Shown here piece after piece: positions 1 to 12,400 of a stretch of DNA of 64,000 nucleotides. The stretch covers positions 68,339,165 through 68,403,164 of the forward strand of contig NC_043010.1 in NCBI RefSeq assembly GCF_006345805.1. Reading direction: 5' to 3'. A program made the translations under genes and the position numbers. How positions within the stretch are numbered: the first letter of the stretch is position 1; the number at the start of each line of letters is the position of its first letter. Source of the DNA: Octopus sinensis. Its lineage: Eukaryota. Under the pieces are notes generated by a model. It was not told the DNA's origin, did not search any database, and worked only from the letters and a program-made list of their open reading frames with translations.

Positions 1-905
1 ATATATATATATATATATGTATATATATATGTATATATATATATGTATGTATGTTTGTGTATATAAAGCAGACGTTGAAATAGCGATATCTTGTTAAACT
101 GTATATTTTGCTTTTCTTCACTTAGTTTAGTAGCAAATGCAAGAAGAAAAAACCTAAATATTTATATACATTTATGACAAATGATTTAAAAAGCTACAGA
201 GGTATATTTATGTACTTGTAACTGTTGTTTGTGCCTGTACAATATGTATGTATGCATACATACATACATATGTATATATGTATACGTACATATATGTATA
301 TGTCTGTATATATGTATATATACATGTTCATATATATATATAGTTATTATTAGCCATTTGTTTTTGTTTTTCTATGTGAAAACAATAAAAATATAAACAT
401 CAAGTTTTGTTTTAAAAATTTTACTGCTTATATATACATAATATGTATAACATGTACATTTGTTATATACAATGTATATGCCTTATATGAGATATATATA
501 TATATATATATAATGTATTATATAAACATATACGCACACATATATAATATATATGTATTATATTATATATATATACATATATATATATAGATATGTATAT
601 ATAATGTATATGTATTATATATACATATATATGTATGTATATGTATTATATAAGATATATTTCATTGTATATGTATATATATATACATGTATATAATTGC
701 GATAGTTTGAGTATGTAACATTGGAAATGTTAACTGAATGTGTGATGTTTTCTTTGTGTTTAATTTTTTGTATGTTTTATTGACCTTGTTGTTGACCTTT
801 TTTTACTTAATTACATAAAGTGTGATTTGTAAATGTATAAGGTTCTATAATTTGATTGAGATAAGCCTATATAGCTGTACGTATGTCTAAAATAAAAAAT
901 TCGCA

Positions 906-951
<46 letters not shown>

Positions 952-2167
952 TTTTTTTAATTAATTCAGATGGTAAATGTATTTTGTTCTTTTGACTAAA
1001 TGTTGGACGGAAATTAAAAAAAATATATAATATACAAAAAAAATAAATAAATACAAGAAAACTAACTCATCCATTTGAAATTATTAATCTAATTTGAATT
1101 TTAGAAAGTCGATGCCACACTGTGATAAAACAACTACAACCCATACGATGTTTTTTTTTATGTTTGCAATTACTTTGAGGGTAAAATACATACAAAATTT
1201 ACATTTGTTTTTAGTGAAGAAAAAACAATATGAATCAAAAATATTGTATTTGCATATTTTTATATCAACGGGAAAGTAACTTGTAGAAATTAGCTTGCAC
1301 ATTGTTTTATTTTACAATTTCTATTCAGTTTATTAAACTGCTGAATATGCTGTAGATAGATTCGTGCGTATAATACGTTTTTTTTTTATAAAAAAAAAAG
1401 ACAAAAGAAGAGAAAAACACAGAGAACAAAAAAGCAAAAAAAAAAACGTCAGAAGCAAACAGAAACAAAAAAAATAAATAAAAAGAAAATTCGAGAAAAT
1501 AAAATAAAATGTCTTCAAACATTATTATTATTATTATTATTTAGCATATCGGATGATATTAGAAATAGCTGAAACTTTTAAAAACAGCGGGAGTAATTTC
1601 TATGCAGTACCTAGTTTGTTATACCAAGCTAGTTTAAAAAAAAAAATTCCTTTTGATGCGACTTTATTTCATTTTTGGCGTCAATAAAATAAGTACCAAT
1701 AATAAACTGATGTCCGTTCTTTCAATCAATCCATTGTTTAAAGAAACGTCTTTCTTCAGAAGTCGTATGAAATCTGTTCTCCAAAATATTTGCTCTAAAT
1801 GTCGAAAATTATTTGTGTTTGATTTTTTCCTGTTTATTTATTTATATTTTCGGATTTTAACCCAATCTGAACTATTGTATTCATATATGACAACTGGTAA
1901 CAATATATGCAGGAATAATGAGGATGTTTATGTGTGTAACCGAATGATTTTCTGGTTTAAAGACTCTGTCCCTTGGGGAGTGGAATTTTCGCTACAAATA
2001 AGCACATGTTTGAAATCGAGGTAAACCCAGGATTGTTTCTATGCTATTTTGACCCAAGCGGCTTGCGCTGGAAATTAGGATGACCCTATATCATCTATAG
2101 TTCTTAAAGCCAGCGAAATGCGAACTACTACCAATAATAGCAATGGAGTTCTAAGTACAGACTTTTA

Positions 2168-3295
2168 TTATTTTGTTTCCATTTCTAATTTATATATACA
2201 ATGTATGGAGAATTTATGGAGTGAAGTTCCATAAATCCTATCAATTTTGTTAAAAAATGGAGGAGCTAAGTTGTTAAAATATATAAGAAGTTTAATAGTT
2301 GCAGACGATCGTTTCGTACAGAGATATAATAATATGAATTCAGAGACTGGGTTGTAAAAAATAAGAGTCGTGAAAGTTTGTGGAATTCCTTTAACTTTTA
2401 CATAAACTTTATGAAGAAAACACATTTCGTGTAAATTTAGCATACGATGACCCCAATTTACAAATTGACATCTACCAACTGTTTTCCCTCCAGATATGAT
2501 CCATGAAACATGAAGTGGTAGTCTATTGCTCACATTGAGTCCATTCTCCAAGGAGAAAGCAAACGTTCTTCTTTTCTATCATGAGGCAACATAATTTTTC
2601 TTTCAAGCGGTTTTCAAAAGTCGAATTAGAGTTTGCGAACATATTGGGTTGTCCGGAAAGTTCGTGCCGATATTTAAAGGAAAGAAAAAGATCAATAAAT
2701 ACTTACCATTATATTTTTAATCAACCAAGTATGAACCATTTTGTTGCACAATGCGTCTCCATCTTTCCTTTAACTTGAAAATATCCTCTTCCCAGAATTG
2801 AGGTGGTTTCATGGCAAATAATTCATCAAGGTATCTTTTTACGTCATCCAAGGAATTGAAATTTTTACCATTAAGACTAGTCTGCAGAGACTTGAATGAG
2901 TGGAAATCCAAAGGAGCAATATCTGGGGAATATGGAGGGTGGGGTGACACATCCCAGCCGAGCTGCAGCAATTTTTGTCTGGTTCCCAAAGCATCAAGTG
3001 CCGAAAATGAACTTTCTTATCATCCATTTTAAAGGGTTACAGAATTAACACAGGTTATAGGAAGATAAACCTTCTTCCACGAAAATATAGCTTAAACTGT
3101 GCTCTAAATGGAGGTGTAGTCAAATCTTATTTTATGGACTCAACCATGTTCTAAAATAAGTTGAAAGGTAAGCTACTATAATCGGCACGAACTTTCCGGA
3201 CAACCCAATATTTAATTATCATTGAAATGGTATTAGAAAATCGTACATGTTTGGTCTTCCTTTAGGTCCATGTCCAAAATGTAGGATACAGGTGA
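2168..3295 (-). mobile_element. Degenerate Penelope-like element 3' end/pLTR remnant, interrupted by a mariner
   Basis: Minus strand carries a hammerhead 3' half GAAA-CGATCG-TC (2315-2304). Broken peptides 'ENRLKEKL...ENGLNVSN' resemble GIY-YIG C-termini. 2170-2342 recurs at 5571-5748. The family call is inference. Confidence 0.35.
2644..3208 (-). mobile_element. Internally deleted mariner transposon (565 bp)
   Basis: Perfect 28-bp TIRs ttgggttgtccggaaagttcgtgccgat (2644-2671 / 3181-3208) with TA on both sides. Transposase N-terminus MDDKKVHFRHLMLWE is joined to the C-terminus HPPYSPDIAPLDFH...LKERWRRIVQQNGSY. Confidence 0.95.
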
Positions 3296-3298
3296 TGA

Positions 3299-3778
3299 TA
3301 TCCTTTACGGCAGCGAGTGATAGCCGAGGAGGGTAGAAGATATTAAGCGACTAGTATCCATCGATCACCCCTGTCTACTCCGCATCTTTCGTGTCCGATG
3401 GCATCATCACTTTGTCTCCAACAATTCGGTGCGACACCAGTGTAAAATCACCTACCTAACGATATGTTTGCGTTGGCTGAGTCATGCCCTCCGTCGTCAA
3501 CCAGGAGAATTCATCTACGAAGCAATTGCCTCAATTCCCTTCAGGGTTGGCGAAAGCGATGTGGTGGACAACGAAAAACCTGGCTGATGACGGTCAAGGC
3601 TGATCTGGAACCCAACCTAGGCCCCCATGTCTACGTCGTTCGCCGCTGGAATAGGGAGTGGTTGGAGATCACGAGGTTGTTAGTCTCAAATCGCCAGGCT
3701 TGGTCGGCGTTTGTAAGAGATGCAGCATTGAGGATGAATGAAGCCAGCTCAACTCAGCCCGGGTGAATGCTGTCTCAA
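3299..3778 (+). mobile_element. RTE-clade LINE 3' fragment (pseudogenised ORF end)
   Basis: Translates as ILYGSE**PRRVEDIKRL..DHPCLLRIFRVRW..SN..VR..LRWLSHALR, then after a frameshift GWRKRCGGQRKTW...NRQAW. These are typical RTE C-terminal motifs. Confidence 0.85.
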
Positions 3779-4250
3779 GAAAATATCCTTCCACAATTCT
3801 CTGTCCTTTGTTTTCTGTGATAGTTCCCCTTCCTGGTGTTTAATGTCTCTTCCAACCAGTTCGTCAAGCTTAACATCCAAGTCATCCCTCTCCTTCTTCT
3901 ACTCCTTTTCCCACCAATCTTTCCGGTCATCGCTCATTTCTCCAATCCCTTTTTACTCATCACATGACGAAGAGATCTTGGTCATGCACAAGCCGATACC
4001 AAGATAAAATTGTGGCAGAACAAGATTGGAAGTAAGGAGAAAAGATACGTAATAAATTCAAAATCAAAAAGCAGATTAACGAAAACCTATGGATTAACAA
4101 AAAAGCGGAGAGAGCAACACAAGAAAGGTGAGAAAAGATTCAGCGCCACTTGAAATTGAGGTAATCGGGTTAATTGCTATATTCGACTAATCATTAACAG
4201 TCAGCAATACTAATTCAGGTTCAAAAATTTCCCATTATGAATTTTAATTA

Positions 4251-4800
4251 GGTGTAGGAGTGTCTGTATGGTAAGAAGCTTGCTTACCAACCACATGGTT
4301 CCGGGTTCAGTCCAACTGCGTGGCACTTTGGGCAAGTGTCTTCTACTATAGCCTCGGACCGACCAAAGCCTTGTGAGTGGATTTGGTGGACGGAAACTGA
4401 AAGAAGCCCGTCGTATATATGTATATTAATGTGTGTGTGTGTGTGTATGTGTGTGCCTGGGTTGTCTCCCCAACATCGCTTGACAACCGATGCTGGTGTG
4501 TTTACGTCCCCGTAACTTAGCGGTTCGGCAAATGAGACCGATAGAATAAGTACTAGACTTACAAGGAATAAGTCCTGGGGTCGATTTGCTTGACTGAAGG
4601 CGGTGCTCCAGCATGGCCACAGTCACATGACTGAAACAAGTAACAGAGTAACTGCGTAGTAAGAAGTTTGCTTCCCAGCCACATGGTTCTGGGTTCAGTT
4701 CCGCTGCATGACACCTCGGGCGAGTGTTTTCTATAACCCTAGGCTGACTAAACCCTCGTCAGTGGATTTTTTTTACGGTAACTGAAAGAAAGCCACCTGA
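4251..4800 (+). mobile_element. tRNA-derived SINE family A, followed by a second partial head
   Basis: Head with A/B-box-like motifs (ggttcagtcc), central (TA)/(TG) spacer, and tail ...ctccagcatggccacagtcacatgactgaaacaagta shared with more than 10 copies in the window. Confidence 0.85.
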
Positions 4801-4826
4801 TATATATATATATATATATATATACA

Positions 4827-5373
4827 CGAGCAAAACGCCCCCCGTCCAATGGACGGTGCTGAGTTGTCAAACATTTAAACCAAATTTTCTCAAGACAACT
4901 TCTCCGACCGTCCCATAGGCCTCCCCTTTGAGAAACACTGATTTAACCTAAATTTGAGACACCAGCAAAAGAAGGAATAATGATAGACTTTTTTCTATTC
5001 CAAAGAAAAACGATTTTATTCACACAAATATGCAACCTTAGAGTTTAAAGTACCAGTAATGAAAAGGCTGTTGACTGGGAGAACACAAAAATGGTTTAAA
5101 CAGTAAGCTTGCCAGGAAAGAAACATGCCTTTAAGCAGTACAAAAACAACAAAAAATGGAAGGTGCAGTCTAGTACAGGTTGAAAAGCAGGACAAAAAGA
5201 GCTTTATCAATCGCATTCTCACCTGGAATCGATTTTTGTAATTTTTTCAAGACTTATACACGCCCTGATACCGGCGGTATCTACATATCAAATTTGAGCG
5301 CAATCGGATGGAGGATGCCCGAGATCATAGAAGACACACACGCAGATAGACAGAACGGATTTTATATAATAGA
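4827..5373 (-). mobile_element. Non-autonomous Helitron-like element
   Basis: Minus strand starts A|TCTATTATATAAAA and ends with the hairpin ccgtccattggacgg followed by CTCG|T (a CTAG variant). It sits between (TA)n tracts. Confidence 0.6.
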
Positions 5374-5570
5374 TATATATAATAGATATATATAAGTAAA
5401 AATTCATTTGGGTATTAAATAACCACCTAAGAGATGTTATATATCCAAAGTATTACTGGTTTATTACCTATATAAAGAAAATTGTTATGAATGAATAAGT
5501 CATTTGTGTATATAGAAATAATGAAATTGGACTGAATTTGTCATTTATTGATTCAATTATTCAATTTATC

Positions 5571-5748
5571 ATTTTGTTTCCGTTTCTAATTTATATATAT
5601 ATATATAATGAATGGAGAATTTATGCAGTGAAGTTCCATAAATCACATCAATTTTGTTAAAAATGGAGGAGACAAGTTGTTAAAATATATAAGGAGTTTA
5701 ATTCTTGCAGACGATCGTTTCGTACAGAGGTATAATAATATGAATTCA
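5571..5748. repeat. Diverged second copy of 2170-2342
   Basis: Direct alignment is visible by eye. The segment 5539-5749 is flanked by 9-bp direct repeats gactgaatt (5530-5538, 5750-5758). Confidence 0.85.
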
Positions 5749-5919
5749 TGACTGAATTAAGTTTAATTAAATATCAACGTATCTTCAGTGCTGGGAAGAA
5801 AGAAAAACATAATACAAGTAACTTGTAAAGGAATATAGGAGAAAAAATGGATCTAGGAGATTCATGTTGGTATCCGTGTAAGAGATGGGCGTATATATAT
5901 ATATATATATATATATAGT

Positions 5920-6100
5920 GAAAATTTATAGAAAAACAAACGACGAAGATAAGTGTATGAGTAACAAGCAAGAGTAATAGTTTGACGCTCGGGCAAATGA
6001 AAAAGTCTTTTACATTTCGAGCCTACGCTCTTCAACAGAAAGGATTAAGAGGAAATAAACAGAGCGAGAATGAAAATAATTCCCCAGGGCAACATGGCGA
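5920..6100 (-). mobile_element. Short PLE-type element, family E, with variant hammerhead core
   Basis: Minus strand reads cttt-CTGTTGA-a-GAGC-gtag-GCTC-GAAA-tg-TA-aaag. Homologous to 40230-40410 and 55303-55500; lies between (TA)n tracts. Confidence 0.65.
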
Positions 6101-6153
<53 letters not shown>

Positions 6154-6284
6154 GAAAATTTAGAAAATGGAGATATAGCATTTATATAATTGTTTATCTG
6201 CAAAAACCCAACATATTCTCTTACAGCTGTTTCAGTTTGGCCTAAAAGATTAAATTACGTGTGTCTGTAAATTTTTAGCTATAT

Positions 6285-6490
6285 ATGTATGTTTCTTTGT
6301 GTTTATCCCTTGCCATCGCTTGACACCCAGTGTTGGTTTGTTGATGTCTCCGTCACTTTCTGAGTCGGCTAAAGATTAATATAAAGTAAGTATGGCGTTT
6401 AAAAATAAATACTGGGGCCGATTAAAGTCTTCAATGGGTAGCTCCAGCATGGCCGCAGTCCAATGACTGAAAGAAATAGAAGACAAAAGA
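6285..6490 (+). mobile_element. SINE family A 3' half, diverged
   Basis: catcgcttgaca...ctccagcatggccgcagtccaatgactgaaa matches the family A tail. Confidence 0.7.
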
Positions 6491-6593
6491 TAATAGAAAT
6501 GAAATCCGTGCCTTACAAAGAATTGATCTGGGAAAGATCTGTCTCCTCAATAAAATATAGAAAAAATCCCAGTCAAGGGGCAGAATAGGGATA

Positions 6594-6977
6594 TGGAAGC
6601 ACTCCGTCGGTTACGACGACGAGGGTTCCGGTTGATCCAAATCAACGGAACAGCCTGCTCGTGAAATTAACGTGTAAGTGGCTGAGCACTCCACAGACAC
6701 GTGCACCCTTAACGTAGTTCTCGGGGATATTCAGCGTGACACAGAGAGTGACAAGGCCGGCCCTTTGGAATACAGGTACGACAGAAACAGGCAGTAAGAG
6801 TGAGAGAAAGTTGTGGTGAAAGAGTACAGCAGGGATCACCACCATCCCCTGCCGGAGCCTCGTGGAGCTTTAGGTGTTTTCGCTCAATAAACACTCACAA
6901 CGCCCGGCCTGGGAATCGAAACCGCGATCCTATGACCGCGAGTCCGCTGCCCTAACCACTGGGCCATTGCGCCTCCA
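6594..6977 (-). mobile_element. Full-length tRNA-derived SINE family B
   Basis: A-box TGGCCCAGTGG and B-box GTTTCGATTCC on the minus strand. 13-bp TSD cagaatagggata (6581-6593, 6978-6990). Near-identical to 22455-22838. Confidence 0.92.
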
Positions 6978-7084
6978 CAGAATAGGGATAAGACAACCTA
7001 TAAACGAGTAGACGTATTCACCGTCCAGGAACCTATGCATATACTTCAATTAATATCTACATGCATTCAGAACAAAGTACCTTT

Positions 7085-7320
7085 ACAGTGCCAAAAATCC
7101 TAGCCTGGCGATCAAAATACAAAATTAGGTACTGCAATAGCTTATGATTCAGAGGTTCACAGTTTTTCAATCTCCTCCTTAAGGACTTGGAAGACCTACA
7201 TAGGATGGATGTAGATGTCTTCAAAACAGAAGTGGATCTACTGCCAAGAGTTCAAGATGAACCAATTTCACGGCAGGAAACGCGAATAAATGCAACAGCA
7301 TCAAAGTCCTTCAGTCACTA
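7085..7320 (+). mobile_element. CR1/L2-group LINE 3' fragment
   Basis: YCNSL*FRGSQFFNLLLKDLEDLHRMDVDVFKTEVDLLPRVQDEP resembles the 'NSF..RGP.LFN.LP....FK..LD..L..VPDEP' LINE C-terminus. Confidence 0.6.
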
Positions 7321-7321
7321 A

Positions 7322-7547
7322 ATCCTTTCTACTATAGGAACAAGGCCTGAATTTTTGGGGGAGGGGGAGCAGTCGATCACAACGACCCCCAGTACTCTAC
7401 TGGTCCTTAATTTATCGACCCCGAAAAGATGAAAAGCAAAGTCGACCTTGGCGGAATTTGAACTCAGAACGTAGCGACGGGCGAAATACCTCTAAGCCTT
7501 TTGCCCGGCGCGCTAACAATTCTGCCAGCACGCCGCCTTGATATTAT

Positions 7548-7578
<31 letters not shown>

Positions 7579-7735
7579 TCCTCTCTACTATAGGCACAAG
7601 ACCTGAATTTTGTGGGGAAGAGGGAAAATCGATCATATCGGCCCCAGTACTCAACTGGTACTCGATTTATCGACCCCGAAAGGATGAAAGACAAAGTCGA
7701 CCTCGGCGGAGTTTCAACTTAGAACGTAGCAATAA
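7322..7735 (-). mobile_element. Two copies of SINE family C
   Basis: Core gagttcaaattccgccgaggtcgactttgcctttcatcctttcggggtcgataaa (Nin/Deu-like domain) on the minus strand. The copies are separated by (AAT)n. Confidence 0.85.
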
Positions 7736-8826
7736 ACGATCCTTCATTTACCAAATGCCAACTATTAAAGGAAGATTAATGAAGGTGTAGCTACAGTAGT
7801 AGTGGTGACCCGGGACGACCTCAACTCTCGAACTGAAAGAAATAAAAGCGAGAGAGTACGCCATTCACTACAGCATTCCGAAACTTCTACAAACCGCGTG
7901 GACGCCGGCAACAAGTGGATCTTGTAATCAGTGGAAATTTTGTCTTTACGGAAGAAACGAAAGAGAAATCACTTCAATATAACTGAAGGCCATCAGGAGA
8001 ACACATACACACACACACACAAACACACACTTGCATACAAACACACAAACATAGGCTTACTAAGAACATGATCTTGTATTTCTCAACCATACGTGTCGTT
8101 GAGTATCACATGACGATCACTCTATTTTCGTTATCAGATAATCTGTGTGATATCGGTGACAATATATCTCAACTCTAAATCATACATGTTCTACACTTTA
8201 TGACTTGTAATTATAGACACATTTTATAGCATGCCATGCCGCTTTTCCTCATCATATTTCGATCTACTTTAGGGAAATCGTATACCTATAATATCATATA
8301 AAAAAAAAACATCTTAAAAGCTGCTATTGCAGAAGACATGAAATAGCACTATTTCATGGATGTTCTTTGTCATTTTACGTACATATACACCGCCAGTGTG
8401 CGGGTGTATGTAATTTTAGCCAACCAGTATCCTCCATTGCTGATATACCAGAAGTTACGATTTTCTGTCTCCATGGACTGCTCACACACACAGGGACGAG
8501 ACAACGAAGTCGAGACCTTTACGTGGTCTCTCGAACTGCTAGAAATAGTAACCAAATCGTCTTTAATCTACGTCATAACTACTAAAAAGCACAAAGGCGA
8601 CTCATTGTGCCACAGAACAGTCGATTTCTTCGCTTGCGTGGGGTCTAAGTGCTTTCTATTTGAATTAAAATCGATCTCCGCGGATGTAATATTTTATTGA
8701 ACTCACGTCCCTTAAGACATATACGGTGGGAGGAGCACAGATCTCTACTAAGTGTATTTGCATTTTTCTTATAATGTATTGCAAACAAATACGATTCACA
8801 CAATAGGAATGCACTCTTGCCGCAAA

Positions 8827-9222
8827 TCTATTTCTCTATATAAAGCTGAAGTTGTCTGTGTGTGGCAGGTTTGGTAGCCTTCAACTAACACTATCTCCTC
8901 CGAGACCCTGCTGCGCAAGTTGACCAAAATTGAGAGTATGATAGAAGAAGGCTTGCTCTTCATTCCGTAGAAGATAAAATTCAAATCAGACCATGTTAAC
9001 ACCAAAAATTACTTACATCAAAAAGATGCTTTTTTTTTCTATGAAAATCCCTATTTTTTACGATTTTTTTACTGCTGTGTCGCCATTTTTCGGTGTATTT
9101 CAACCAGAACAATATTCACTTAAAGAGAATAACAAGCTACATAATGCAAAAGTTTTACTTTTCAAAAATTCCAATTCTAAAGGGTCGAAACAAACCCGAG
9201 CAACGCCGGGCGATACTGCTAG
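8827..9222 (+). mobile_element. Non-autonomous Helitron, family F1
   Basis: A|TC start; subterminal hairpin cccgagcaacgccggg; ends CTAG|T; no TSD. Homologous to 58781-59575. Confidence 0.9.
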
Positions 9223-9570
9223 TAATAATAAAATGTATAAAGTTTACGTAGGTGCAGGCGTGGCTGTGTGGTAAGAAGCTTGCTTCCCAACCATATGATT
9301 CGGAGTTCAGTCCCACAACGTGGAAACTTGGGCAAGTGTTCCTTCCTTTAAAAATGACGATTCACACAATCTATCTATCTCTATCTATGTACACTGCGTT
9401 TCAAAGTATTTACGATGTAACATTTGTTTCCTTTATTTAAATACTACTCGTTGGAATTCAACAAAATTTCCACAGGATAATGGATATATATACACACGAC
9501 GAGCGCTTCTTTCTGTTTTTGTCTTGGGGCCATTGTTGAGATTGGGGCCTTGGGGCCATTGTTGAGATAC

Positions 9571-9948
9571 TCTACTACTTGTACTTGTAGCGACATTCAC
9601 CCTGGGCGGGTTGAGTCGGCTTCTTCTACCATGGAAGAAGTTTCGTGGGAATATGTGGATTTTACAAGCGGTCCCTAACAATCCCGCATGTAGAGACATC
9701 CTGTTTGCCGCAGATTGTCCGCAGACGCAGGGACAGAACAACCGAGGAGCCGCCGGTCGCCGAAACAGTCACTCCGAGGATTTTCACCAGAGCCCCGTCT
9801 GCCGGGTTGTGGCCCTAATACCACTCGGTGTCAGACCAATCCGCTTTGGGTGGCCCTACCAGGAACCGAAGTTCCCGACGGCATAGCTCTGACACTACTC
9901 GTTGCCAGCATCCCTACCACGGTGAGGAGGGGATGGACTTTGGGGACA
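9571..9948 (-). mobile_element. Bipartite non-autonomous RTE element (5'UTR fused to 3' tail)
   Basis: 14-bp TSD cattgttgagatac (9557-9570, 9949-9962). The 5' part gctatgccgtcggg...tagggccacccaa...ggtctgaca resembles RTE/BovB 5'UTRs. The 3' end matches the RTE end at 3740-3778 and has a (TACAAG) tail. It interrupts a minus-strand SINE A remnant. Confidence 0.8.
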
Positions 9949-10210
9949 CATTGTTGAGATACAAATGGTGGAACCGAACCGAACCCGGAGACATATGGTT
10001 AGAGAGCAAATTCGTTCCCACCACAGCCATGCTTTGTACCTATAAGGGATCCAATAGGATATACCGTGCATTTGCTTTTCGAAAAGCATTTGTGATAAGA
10101 GACGAAAAGAACGTGTGATGCAGGAAGGCTGGAACTTATTGTGACTTTGTTCCTGGAAGGAAGAAACGAAGTAACAGCAGCAACAACAACAAGCACCTTC
10201 CTCCTCCACC

Positions 10211-10241
<31 letters not shown>

Positions 10242-10549
10242 TAATGGCAAGAGCGAAAAATATTCCTGCAAGAATAAAAAGTGAACAGTATAAGAAAAAC
10301 ACAAGCGAAGACGACAGCTGCCGACATTCAACTTACATGTGGTCTCAGACTCAAGAAAGCGTAATAAGGAATGTCTATGAAAAAAAAAAAAAAAGTGGGA
10401 GGGGAGCAAAAAGGAACTGGTAAAAAAAAAACAAAAAGAAAAGAAAACTTAGCTAGAAATTACCTCTGAAAAAAAAAAGAGGTCAATTTGTGTTTGTTTT
10501 TTGAGTTGTTTTTTTCTTTTAAGACGGAATTACGTCTGTATGTACTAAA

Positions 10550-10551
<2 letters not shown>

Positions 10552-10639
<88 letters not shown>

Positions 10640-10751
10640 CGTGTGTGTGTATATATATATATTTATTTGTATATGTATATATATGTATATGCATATATAT
10701 ATATATATTTGTATATGTATATATATGTATATGTATGTATATATATATATA

Positions 10752-10782
<31 letters not shown>

Positions 10783-10823
10783 GTATATATATGTATATGC
10801 ATGTGTATATATATATATATATA

Positions 10824-10877
<54 letters not shown>

Positions 10878-10882
10878 GTGTG

Positions 10883-10920
<38 letters not shown>

Positions 10921-10969
10921 TTTATGTATATATATGTATGTACATATATGTGTGTATATATATGTATGT

Positions 10970-11040
<71 letters not shown>

Positions 11041-11068
11041 TATGCATGTATGTATATATATATGTATG

Positions 11069-11102
<34 letters not shown>

Positions 11103-11310
11103 CATACATATATATATATGCATACATTATACATACATGCATACACACATACACACTCACATATACACCTTTATTTATACATACTTATGCATATGTTTGT
11201 ACGCATACACATACATACACTTACAGATAAATACATACATAAATACACACATATACATATGTATATGAATATGTGTGTATGCGTATGTGTATATACACAC
11301 ACATATATAG
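10552..11310. repeat. Compound (TA)n/(TG)n/(TATG)n microsatellite
   Basis: Direct inspection. Confidence 0.95.
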
Positions 11311-11311
11311 T

Positions 11312-11452
11312 CGTAGGAGTGGCTGCGCGGTAAGTAGCTTCCTTCCAACTACATGGTTCCTGGTTCAGTCCCACTGCGTATCACTTTGGACAAGCCTCGG
11401 GCCGACCACATCTGAGTTGATTTGGTAGACGGAAACTGAAAAAAGCCTGTCG

Positions 11453-11486
<34 letters not shown>

Positions 11487-11695
11487 GTGTGTGTGTGTGT
11501 GTGTGTGTTTGTCTCCCCCAACATCACTTGACAACCGATGTTGGTGTGTTTCCGCCTCGAACTTAACGGTTGGACAAAAGAGACCGATAGAATAAGTACT
11601 AGATTTACAAAGAATAAGTCTTGGAGCCGATTTTCTCCACTAAAGCGGTGCTCCAGCACGGCCGTAGTCAAATGACTGGAAGAAGTAAAAGAATA
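11312..11695 (+). mobile_element. SINE family A
   Basis: Same head, spacer and tail as 4251-4650. Confidence 0.85.
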
Positions 11696-11703
11696 TATAC
11701 AAA

Positions 11704-11844
11704 GCATATGGCGGAGTGATTAAGAGCGCGGGCTACTAACCACAAGATTTCGAGTTCGATTCCAGGCAGTGACCTGAAAAATAATAGGAATAATAATAAT
11801 GATGATAATAATAATAATAAAATAATAATAATAATAATAATAAC

Positions 11845-11879
<35 letters not shown>

Positions 11880-12043
11880 TAATTAATAATAATAATATCG
11901 AAAAATACCTTAGGAATTAGAACCTAGGTTCGAAATTTCCCCAAGACACCTGATGAAGGCTGGAGGGTATATCAGCCGAAACGTTGTGTTAACAACAAAC
12001 AAGATGAGGACAAATATCCGTCAAATGTAAATAATGTAAATAA
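11704..12043 (+). mobile_element. tRNA-headed SINE family D carrying a hammerhead motif
   Basis: tRNA-like head with B-box AGTTCGATTCC, (AAT)n spacer, body with HHR motif, and aatgtaaat tail repeats. Five copies in the window. Confidence 0.88.
11945..11990 (+). ncRNA. Minimal type I hammerhead ribozyme motif (predicted)
   Basis: gacac-CTGATGA-a-GGCTG(gagggtatat)CAGCC-GAAA-CG-TT-gtgtt gives stem I, conserved core, stem II and palindromic stem III ACGT. Activity is untested. Confidence 0.75.
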
Positions 12044-12114
12044 GGAAAAGAATATATTATACAAACACGCATATATTACATAGGAACAGACTTAACACAA
12101 GTGTGCATAACTAA

Positions 12115-12400
12115 CTGCCCCTCCGTTGGTTTCGACAATGAGCGGAACAGCCTGTATATAAAATTAACATACAAGTGGTTGAGTACTACACAGACACGTG
12201 TACACTTAACATAGTTCTCAGGGAGATTCAGTGTGTCACAGAACGCGACGAAGCAGGCTCTTTCATATACAGGTATAACTTACTTTTGTCAGCTGAGTGA
12301 ACGGGAGCAAAGTGAAATATCTTGTTCAAGGACACAACACACAGCCATGAATCGGACGCAGATTGTGAGCCAAGTACCCTAGCCACAGGGCCACGTGTCT
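12115..12400 (-). mobile_element. Older tRNA SINE with a family-B-type tail
   Basis: Shares the B tail and the central gtgtccttgaacaag...ttgctc..gttcactcagctg domain with 37685-37975 and 51540-51835. Confidence 0.7.

Noticed and set aside
6642-6894. Near-identical ORFs repeated at 22538-22790
   Set aside because: They lie inside SINE B copies, so the identity reflects recent transposition.
9860-9948. HDV-like ribozyme at the 5' end of the RTE mini-element
   Set aside because: A CC-N7-GG loop is present, but I could not place P2 and P1.1 in the required topology.
10488-11333. Long ORFs of YI/CV/HT repeats (also at 14.1, 24, 28.5, 41.3 and 57 kb)
   Set aside because: Translations of (TA)n/(TG)n microsatellites that lack stop codons by composition.
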